A stretch of 64,000 bases of DNA from Polyangiaceae bacterium (lineage in GTDB: Bacteria; Myxococcota_A; Polyangia; Polyangiales; Polyangiaceae), in NCBI GenBank assembly GCA_965222375.1, contig CBDCTZ010000016.1:1184001-1248000 (forward strand), written 5' to 3'. The position numbers and the translations under genes were made by a program. Under the pieces are notes generated by a model that saw nothing but the letters and a program-made list of their open reading frames with translations, did not search any database and was not told the origin of the DNA. Numbering within the stretch: the first letter of the stretch is position 1; each line of letters begins with the position of its first letter. Of this stretch, positions 56,832 to 64,000 are shown in pieces.

Positions 56832-58246
56832 GGGAGCCCGAGCTTACCTGTCTTTGGCAGCTTGTCATGATCCCTGGGACGAAGTGCTGCTGCTGCCAGC
56901 AGACACAGGGCTGGAGTGGCGACAACGTGATAGCGGTCGTCGCCGAAGAACAACGCGTGGGTGATGGAGGTCACGAGGATCAAGCCCAGGGCATAGGCGA
57001 GCGGTGCTCGGAGCGGGGGGCGTCCGGGCAGGGGAAGAAGCGCCACCAAAGGCAGCAGTGCCGGCAGGATGAAGAAGGGGTGCTCGATGTGGACCGCCGC
57101 CCAAACGCTGAGCCCGAGCCAGACCGCGGCCAAGGCACCCTGCGTTGCCAGAACCGGTCTCGGCGCTGTCCGAATTGCAGGAAGCGCCACGACCCCGAAG
57201 GCGGCGACCACGAGCAGTAGACGATGAAAGAGCGTCAACAAGTTGCGCCCGCCTACGCGGCGGGACTCGTGCCAGGAGGCTGGGTCAGCTTCCCGCAAGT
57301 ACTCGATGGGGAAGGACTCGTGATCGTAGGTGTGCGCCAGCTTCTTCGGAATCAGCGACAGCCAGCGGCCGGGCGCGCGTTTGATTTCATTCATGCCGAC
57401 GCTCGCCCAGCATCGGTCTTGCTGTACTTGCCCCGTGACGATGGGGCAACCATCCGAAGCGCGCAGGGTGCGGAAGCGCCCAGTCGTGGTTTTCGCCCCG
57501 ATGGCGAGGTTCCAGCCGCCATTGGTCGACACCAGGGCGCAGCCGTCCATCACGACGCAGTTGCGAATTGTCCAGGGCGATACCGTGATGAGCGCCGCAG
57601 CGCCGGCGATCGCGACCAAGGCCACCGAGCGCTTGATTGACCGCGAGCCGCAAAAGGCAAGCAGAGGGATGGCGAGCAACGAGCTTGGGCGAACCAGAGC
57701 AGCGAGGCCCAGCACGAAGCCGCCCGCCACGGCCGCCCACACGAAGCGCTTTCGCAGCCGCAGGGTGACCCAGGGAGCGATGACCAGTAGCAGGGCGGCC
57801 AAACCCTCGGTCATCACCACTGCCGAGTAGACCGCCAGACCCGGGTGCAGCGCTGTGATCACGCCCGCCGCTCGTGCGCGATTGTTCGACAGCCCGAAGC
57901 GGGCCAGGCGGTGCACCGCGACGACCAGAAGTGCACCGAGGACGGCGTTGACGACCGGAGCCACCCACAGGCCCTGCCCGAGGACCTTGTACACGAAGCC
58001 GAGCAAGGCGCTGTAGCCCACTGGGTAGTGGCACCAAGGCTTGGATATCGCGATGCCGTTTTGGATGATGTCTTCCGAGTATCCGAGCCCGTCGGCGATA
58101 CGCTGCGCGCCGAAGTGATAGTAGTGGCCGTCCCAGACCGGTTCTCGGGCCCAAGCGATGGCGACGAACAGCCGAGGTATGAGCGCGACGAGCCCTAGCG
58201 CCAGGGAGAACCAATGGTCCTGATCTGCGTATCGCTCAGGTTTCAT
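56828..58246 (-). CDS. GT-C (PMT/ArnT-like) membrane glycosyltransferase
   Basis: WDG.YY, YPVGYS, MTE, LVRP, PWTIRN, RY; many TM helices. Confidence 0.8.
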   Translation of the reverse strand: MKPERYADQDHWFSLALGLVALIPRLFVAIAWAREPVWDGHYYHFGAQRIADGLGYSEDIIQNGIAISKPWCHYPVGYSALLGFVYKVLGQGLWVAPVVNAVLGALLVVAVHRLARFGLSNNRARAAGVITALHPGLAVYSAVVMTEGLAALLLVIAPWVTLRLRKRFVWAAVAGGFVLGLAALVRPSSLLAIPLLAFCGSRSIKRSVALVAIAGAAALITVSPWTIRNCVVMDGCALVSTNGGWNLAIGAKTTTGRFRTLRASDGCPIVTGQVQQDRCWASVGMNEIKRAPGRWLSLIPKKLAHTYDHESFPIEYLREADPASWHESRRVGGRNLLTLFHRLLLVVAAFGVVALPAIRTAPRPVLATQGALAAVWLGLSVWAAVHIEHPFFILPALLPLVALLPLPGRPPLRAPLAYALGLILVTSITHALFFGDDRYHVVATPALCLLAAAALRPRDHDKLPKTGKLGLP

Positions 58247-58264
58247 GGCCAGGGGTGCGGCCGC

Positions 58265-59848
58265 TCAGCCCAACGCCCCACCGGACGCCGCGTGCCACTG
58301 GCGCATGCGGCGCAAGTAGGTCCGACTGACCTGCGACTGGTCGAGCTTCAGGTACTTGGCGACCTGCTGCACGAAACCTCGCGTGTAGACCAGCGCGGGC
58401 AAGTTGCGGAAGTCCTCCGCCTCGATGGCTCGAAGGTGCGCGGGCGCAATCTTGGTGCGTTCCGCGATCTCCTCGATTTCGACGCCTTGGGACTCACGTA
58501 CCCTCGCCAGCAAGCGCCCGGTGAATTCCGTCTCGGCGTTGATCTCGCGGGCGAGCTCTTGGCGCAACATGGCCCGCTCCGCTTCCAGGGCGGTATCCGG
58601 ATGCTTGCGTTCGCTGTGCTTTTCTTCTTCCTGGGGAAAGACTGAAAGGTCGTAGGCACGGCGACGAATGGGGTCGAGCAGAGTTTCGTGAGCTTCTTCG
58701 ACGCGGGCCTGTTCCACTTGCAACTGGTGCTCGTCGAGGAGTGACGTCAGGGAGAGGCTGCCGGGCTGGTACAACTCCTTCTGGCGCTTGTAGGCGCGTC
58801 GCACCTCTTCGTCCGTCGCACCGCGGTGCGTCCACAGTACGTCGTAAAGGCTTGGCTCGGCATCGTGCAGGGCGATGGGGTCGGTGCTCCGCACGTGTTC
58901 CCGAGCGGTGACGATGGCCGAGATGCGTCGGGCGATGCGCTCGATGTTGCGGGCACTCTTGCTGGTTGGGCTGTCGATCAACAGGGGGCGCCGGCGCAGC
59001 ACACTGAGATAGACGGAATCGTCTTGTTCGATGTGGCCGACGTAGTCGTAGTGTACTCCCAGGTAGCGCGTCGACATGTCGCACATGGCCTGGCCCAAGT
59101 CGCTGTCTGCGCGTAAGCGCACGCCGTTCACCACCAAGCGCGGGCTCAGTTTGGCCAATTCCTGGGCGGCAAACTCGCCTACTGCGACGTCGTAACGCGC
59201 GAGGGCCCGCACCAGATCTTGGGGTGCAGGAAGGGGCGGCAGCTCAGAGAATGCCCGCTCCACGATGCGCATCTTGAACTGGTCTTTGACGTGCGTCTTG
59301 CGCACCCGCCGCTGGAATAGGGCACGCACGAAGCGATAGGTCGCTTCGACGGCGGGGGGCTCCGGGGCGGTGACGCATACGCCCACATCTGCGGCCAAGA
59401 ACAGATCCAGGGTGGCAGGCGCCGTGCCGGAGCCCAGGTCCAAGAGCACCCAGTCGACATCCAACTGACGAAGCTGGCGGACCCACTTTGGCTTGCGGCC
59501 AGGTCGCGCGGGCACCGTCGAGCCGACGCTGTACTTCTGCGGCAGCAGGGATAGACCCGGGGTCGACGTCGGAAGCGGGGTCAGGTCGTCCTCGTCGCTG
59601 TCGTCGCCCTGGGCGCTGGATTGCTCGGGGTAGACGCCCAGTAGGGTGTGGAGCTCCGCGCCGGCAGGGTCGGCGTCGACGAGTACGACGCTGCGGCCCA
59701 GCTGAGCCAAGTAGACCCCGAGATTGATGGCCAGAACACTCTTGCCCACGCCGCCCCGGCCCCCGCCCACGGCGATCATATGCCGCGCGTGCCGAGGGGG
59801 CGTACCACTGGCCAGGTCCGGCGGTGGCAGGGTGTCGCGCTCGACCAT
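58265..59848 (-). CDS. MinD/FlhG-like P-loop ATPase, J-like domain, XRE/RodZ-type HTH
   Basis: GGGRGGVGKS, VDAD, LLDLG; LYDVL..ATDEEVRRAYKR; RESQG..IAERTKI..L.AIE..F..LP..VY.RGF. Confidence 0.85.
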   Translation of the reverse strand: MVERDTLPPPDLASGTPPRHARHMIAVGGGRGGVGKSVLAINLGVYLAQLGRSVVLVDADPAGAELHTLLGVYPEQSSAQGDDSDEDDLTPLPTSTPGLSLLPQKYSVGSTVPARPGRKPKWVRQLRQLDVDWVLLDLGSGTAPATLDLFLAADVGVCVTAPEPPAVEATYRFVRALFQRRVRKTHVKDQFKMRIVERAFSELPPLPAPQDLVRALARYDVAVGEFAAQELAKLSPRLVVNGVRLRADSDLGQAMCDMSTRYLGVHYDYVGHIEQDDSVYLSVLRRRPLLIDSPTSKSARNIERIARRISAIVTAREHVRSTDPIALHDAEPSLYDVLWTHRGATDEEVRRAYKRQKELYQPGSLSLTSLLDEHQLQVEQARVEEAHETLLDPIRRRAYDLSVFPQEEEKHSERKHPDTALEAERAMLRQELAREINAETEFTGRLLARVRESQGVEIEEIAERTKIAPAHLRAIEAEDFRNLPALVYTRGFVQQVAKYLKLDQSQVSRTYLRRMRQWHAASGGALG

Positions 59849-60014
59849 GGCCTCAGGATCTACCTCAATCTGGCGGCTGTGGGCTCCCGCTTCCGCCGGA
59901 GAGGCCGGCAGATGGCGCCCACGATCCCCGTTTTTGGCGGTGGTTGGCGGGGCTTGTGCCGGTTCGGACAGGCGACTGCCGGGCCGGCGCCGATTCTGTT
60001 ATAGCTGCCCGACT

Positions 60015-61052
60015 ATGCCAGCTATGAGGGTCGGAGCCCTCGTTCTCGCATCGCTCTTGAGCCTGAAGCTCTCCACCTGCCGCTCTCCGGGAGAGGCTGG
60101 CAAAGGGCCGGGACAGGAAGCGGAAGCCGCCGAGCTTGTCGAGCTCAGGGGAGTGGACACGAGCAATCTGCGGGCAAGAGAGAAGCGCGAGTGGTCTTCG
60201 GCAGTCTCGGAGCTCCTCGCGCCATGCGCAGACCAACCCGTGAGCGTCGCTCAGTGCGTCAAGGAGAAGCGCAAGTGCCGCGCCTGTACCCCCGCGGCGC
60301 GCTTCCTGGTCAAGCAAGTTCAGAAGGGGCGGACGCGATCGCAGATCGAGGTCGCCTACAAGAAGCGCTTCAGCCCCTCTGAAGTCAAACAGATCTCCTT
60401 GGATGGCTCACCGCAGAAGGGTGCCGCGTCCGCGCCGGTCACGCTCGTGGAATGGGCCGATTTCGAGTGCCCCTTCTGCGCGAAGACGGCGCCGGTGCTC
60501 GACAAGCTAGTCGCGCGCTACTCGACTCAGGTTCGCTTGGTGTTCAAGAACTACCCCCTTGGGATCCACAAGTACGCTGAGAAGGCGGCGCGGGCCGGTG
60601 CGGCGGCCAACCGCCAAGGGAAGTTCTGGGCGATGCACCGTGCCCTTTTCGAGCGGACCGACAAGAAAGTGAAACTCGAGCAGTCCGTGCTCGAAGAGGT
60701 GGCCACGGAGATCGGGCTGGATCTCAAGAAGTTCAAGGAGGAGCTAGCCTCCGAACCCGTCGCGGACCTGGTCGGCAAAGACCGCAAACAGGCAGACGCT
60801 CTCGGAATAGAGGGAACGCCGCTGCTGTACATCAACGGCCGCCATTTCGACCTGGATCACTTCGATATCGGCGAGGACCTGGAGACCTGGGTCAAGCTGG
60901 AGATCGAGCTCAAAACCGGCAAACCCGCTGTCATCACGCCCAAGAAGGCCCCGCCTGCTGCGAGCAGTGCGGCCCCCAAGGCGAGCGCACCGCCGGGCGC
61001 TCTACCACCAGCGCCCAAGAAGGCGCCCAAAGAGTTGGAGAAGCCCGAGTGA
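60015..61052 (+). CDS. DsbA/thioredoxin-domain protein
   Basis: EWADFECPFC, FKNYPL, GKFW.MH, GTP..YING. Confidence 0.88.
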   Translation: MPAMRVGALVLASLLSLKLSTCRSPGEAGKGPGQEAEAAELVELRGVDTSNLRAREKREWSSAVSELLAPCADQPVSVAQCVKEKRKCRACTPAARFLVKQVQKGRTRSQIEVAYKKRFSPSEVKQISLDGSPQKGAASAPVTLVEWADFECPFCAKTAPVLDKLVARYSTQVRLVFKNYPLGIHKYAEKAARAGAAANRQGKFWAMHRALFERTDKKVKLEQSVLEEVATEIGLDLKKFKEELASEPVADLVGKDRKQADALGIEGTPLLYINGRHFDLDHFDIGEDLETWVKLEIELKTGKPAVITPKKAPPAASSAAPKASAPPGALPPAPKKAPKELEKPE

Positions 61053-61795
61053 AGCCCAACGCCGAAACCGGTTGTTTCCCTTCCGGTCGGCACTATCCGG
61101 GGATTGCTCATTTGCTCCGCGTGAGCGCAGCGGGGCTTGCGGAGGAGTTCGCCGCCGACGCCGCTGTCGAGAGCCTGCCCGTCGTGTGCGTGGATACGGA
61201 GACGACGGGTAGGGACTTCGGTACAGACCGGATTGTCGAGATCGCTTGCGTTCGCTGGGAGGGTGGTGCGCTCGTCCGGCGGGACAACTGGTTGGTGAAC
61301 CCGGGCATGCCCATTCCCAAAGAGGCCTTTGACGTCCACGGCATCAGCGACGAAGCGGTCAAGGACGAGCCCGCCTTCGCGGCCATCGCCAAAGACCTTC
61401 TCGAAGCGCTCTCGGGGGCGGTGCCTATGGCCTACAACGCGGGATTTGATCGCGCGTTCTTGGTGGCCGAACTTTCACGCGCAGAGGCCCTGGTTCCTCC
61501 GCTGCCGCCGGCATGTCGCAAAGGCGTAGATTGGTTCGATCCCTTGGTCTGGGTACGCGAGCTTCAGAAGTACGAGAAGGGCAAGAGCCTCGGTGATGCC
61601 TGTGGGCGAATTGGCATCGAAATAGGCCAAGCTCACCGTGCAACGGATGATGCGGAAGCAGCACTGAAGGTCTTTCAAGTCTTGAGTAGGGATAGCCGGG
61701 TCCCGAGAACCTATGCTGCCCTGATCCAGGAGCAGCGACGCTTGGGGCGGGCGCACGACGAAGAGCGTGCGCGCTGGCGCTCGGCACGCGCTTGA
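61049..61795 (+). CDS. DEDDh 3'-5' exonuclease (DnaQ-like)
   Basis: VDTETTG, VHGI, AYNAGFD, AHRATDDA. Confidence 0.9.
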   Translation: MKPNAETGCFPSGRHYPGIAHLLRVSAAGLAEEFAADAAVESLPVVCVDTETTGRDFGTDRIVEIACVRWEGGALVRRDNWLVNPGMPIPKEAFDVHGISDEAVKDEPAFAAIAKDLLEALSGAVPMAYNAGFDRAFLVAELSRAEALVPPLPPACRKGVDWFDPLVWVRELQKYEKGKSLGDACGRIGIEIGQAHRATDDAEAALKVFQVLSRDSRVPRTYAALIQEQRRLGRAHDEERARWRSARA

Positions 61796-61902
61796 GCTTC
61801 GCGTCGCCCTGGACGCCCGCCCTCGATACGTGCTTGAGCTTTCTGCTCGGCTCGTCATGCGTTCGAGCTCGGCTAGACGCGCCTCCTGGGGGAGCCGAGG
61901 GC

Positions 61903-63270
61903 CTAGGGCGATGGATCCTCTATGACGGTGGGCGCGCTCGCGCTTGGCCGCGGACGCGCAGCTGCGACCTGCATCTTCACGTCGAGCAGCACGGACTCAC
62001 CGGCAACGACGTGCAACGTGCGCCGCTCCGCAGGTGCATTTGGGTGTTCCAAGCGCACGTAGTGGGTGCCGGCGGACAGGGGGATCGCCTTGGCAAAGGG
62101 CGTGGTTTCAACCCGCTGCCCATCCACCACCACGTGGGCCCACGGGTCCGCAACTACCCGTAAATACGCCGGGTTTTCTGGAGCGAGCTCCAGCTGTGCT
62201 GCCGCGGCGCGGGTTGCGCCGGGCGCCCGAGACTCGAGGACCCACAGCACTGCCGCGCCAAGCGCCCCGAGCAGCCCCAATGCGAGCAACGCGCGCAGCG
62301 TTGGCCACGCGCTGACCGCCGTTGGATGCAGCAGCGGGCGCTTGTCCAAGTGGATGCTCTCAGGCGCGGGTGCGTCAGTGACTCCGAAGGTCGAGAGTGC
62401 TCTGACGATGCCGCGTGACGGGCTCGCGGCGGCTTCGCCAAGTACGTTCTCCAACGCAAGCGCTAACTCGTTGGCGGAAGTGAATCGATCACTGGGCATC
62501 TTCTCCAGGCAGCGGGAAACGATGCGCTCAAGAGGAAGTGGTGCATCTGGGGCGAGACGAGTCAACGGAGTGGGAGCTGCCTGGCGGATGTTGCGCGTGG
62601 TGGCAGCGGGATCTGAGCCGTCGAAGGGTCGCTTTCCGGTGAGCATCTCGTAGAGCACGATGCCCAGAGAGAAGATGTCGCTGCGTGGGTCTGGCGCTTC
62701 ACCGAGGATCTGCTCCGGGGACAAGTAATTCGGCCCTGCCACCTTCGCCTGCCCGTCCAATAGTTCCGGCGCGGTCGGCAGTCGCTCGTCGGTGGCGACA
62801 GAGAAATTGAGCAGCTTGACCTCGCCAGCGGTTCCGACCAATATGTTCTTCGGGCGGACGTCCCGGTGCACGATGCTGTGGTTGTGGGCGTGCTCCAGGG
62901 CGCGAGCGAGCTCCAGGGCAACGCAAGTGGCGGCAGCCGCGGGCAACGGTCCGTGGGTTTCCAGCAATTCGTCCAGTTGGAAGCCCTCGACATGCTCGAG
63001 AACGAGCCACATTCGGTCTTCACGTCGGACGAAGTCGTGCACCTGCGGGATGCCCGGGTGGCGAAGCTCCGCAAGCAGCCGCGCCTCCCGCTCGAGGGAG
63101 GCAGCAAAGGGGGACGACGGCAGAATGCTGGAGCTGAGGGCCTTGATCAGGACCGGCCTGCCCAAGGGTTGTTGGATCGCGCGGTACAGGTCGGCGACGG
63201 GCCCGGAGCGCAGCTTTTCGACCACGCGACAGTGGTCGAATTCCGGATGGCGCTGTCCGTTCGTCACCAC
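61903..63270 (-). CDS. Ser/Thr kinase-like protein (possible pseudokinase), TM, PEGA domain
   Basis: HRDVRPKN, NFS in place of DFG, YLSPE; PWAHVVVDG..TTP PEGA. Confidence 0.85.
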   Translation of the reverse strand: MVTNGQRHPEFDHCRVVEKLRSGPVADLYRAIQQPLGRPVLIKALSSSILPSSPFAASLEREARLLAELRHPGIPQVHDFVRREDRMWLVLEHVEGFQLDELLETHGPLPAAAATCVALELARALEHAHNHSIVHRDVRPKNILVGTAGEVKLLNFSVATDERLPTAPELLDGQAKVAGPNYLSPEQILGEAPDPRSDIFSLGIVLYEMLTGKRPFDGSDPAATTRNIRQAAPTPLTRLAPDAPLPLERIVSRCLEKMPSDRFTSANELALALENVLGEAAASPSRGIVRALSTFGVTDAPAPESIHLDKRPLLHPTAVSAWPTLRALLALGLLGALGAAVLWVLESRAPGATRAAAAQLELAPENPAYLRVVADPWAHVVVDGQRVETTPFAKAIPLSAGTHYVRLEHPNAPAERRTLHVVAGESVLLDVKMQVAAARPRPSASAPTVIEDPSP

Positions 63271-63299
63271 CCCTTCTTACACCGCGATGGGCCTGGCGT

Positions 63300-64000
63300 T
63301 CACTTTTCCGAATGCAGTCCGCACTCTTTGTCAGAGGCGCGCTCCCACCACCAACGGCCTTCCCGTTCATGTTGTCCGGGAAGCACCGCTCGCGTGCAGG
63401 GTTCGCATCCGATGCTGACGTAGCCTTTCGCGTGAAGTTGGTTGTGGGGCACCTCGAATCCGCGAATGCTGGCCCAAACGTACTCCAGGTCCACGTTGGC
63501 TAAGGGGTTCCACTTGATCAGCGGCTTGTCGTCCTTGCCGGCGTGGTTGGGGTCGATTTGCACCACGGGCAGCGCCGCGCGAGTGGTGCTCTGGTCCCTC
63601 CGCTGCCCGGTAACCCAGGCCCGAAGCCCAGCAAGCTGGCGCTTCAAGGGTGCGACTTTGCGGATCGCGCAGCACTCGCTGTGGCCGTCATCATAGAAGG
63701 AAAAAAGCCCCTTGGACCGCACGAGTTCTTCCACCCGAGTCCGGTCGGGAAAACAGTATTCGATGCGAATGCCGTAGTGGCGCTCCACCTCGGCCATGAA
63801 GCGCATCGTTTCCGGGTGCAGGCGTCCCGTATCCAAGGAAAACACCCGATAGGGCAGCTCGGATTGCTGCGCCAGCTCGATCAGCAGTACGTCCTCGGCG
63901 CCGCTGAAGCTGATCGCCAGATCTTGCCCGAAATCCTCCAGCGCTCGCTTCACGATGGCGCCCGGCGCGCTGCCCGAGAGTTGGCTCGCAAGCTCTTCGT
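63300..64000 (-). CDS. cysH: APS/PAPS reductase (5' part outside the window)
   Basis: [34 protein letters not shown]; the CC/CxxC pair indicates an Fe-S APS-reductase type. Confidence 0.95.
   Translation of the reverse strand, partial: EELASQLSGSAPGAIVKRALEDFGQDLAISFSGAEDVLLIELAQQSELPYRVFSLDTGRLHPETMRFMAEVERHYGIRIEYCFPDRTRVEELVRSKGLFSFYDDGHSECCAIRKVAPLKRQLAGLRAWVTGQRRDQSTTRAALPVVQIDPNHAGKDDKPLIKWNPLANVDLEYVWASIRGFEVPHNQLHAKGYVSIGCEPCTRAVLPGQHEREGRWWWERASDKECGLHSEK

Overview
High-GC window whose gene content (MYXO-CTERM protein plus MXAN_2562-type barrel, many Ser/Thr kinases, Gly-rich lipoproteins, split atp operon) points to a myxobacterium, probably Polyangiales-like; this is inferred, no search was run. 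Core genes: rdgB (partial), atpZ/I-atpI-atpB-atpE, UbiB kinase, L,D-transpeptidase, ftsK, lpxC, rseP, recA with a LexA-like box, SurA-like PPIase, BatA/vWA-DUF58, DsbA, a DEDDh exonuclease and cysH (partial). The standout is a tightly coupled seven-gene + strand operon at about 29.0-39.1 kb. It encodes an S41 protease, an exported Ig/PKD-barrel protein, a signal peptide-ectodomain-TM-EAD1-trypsin receptor protease, a caspase, a caspase partner, an MBL-fold hydrolase with two insertion loops, and a patatin phospholipase. The trypsin has the Thr190/His213 signature of Glu-specific proteases, and a recurring (G/E)-L-E-(A/P/K) motif sits in linkers of four operon proteins. Together this suggests a membrane-receptor-triggered proteolytic defence or cell-death cascade. 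A second accessory zone at 42-50 kb holds a frameshifted lipoprotein remnant, a GntR-radical SAM-Rieske operon, two tandem repeat arrays (3 x ~95 bp and 8 x 34 bp), a 5'-truncated HzsA-like gene and an orphan AT-rich palindrome.
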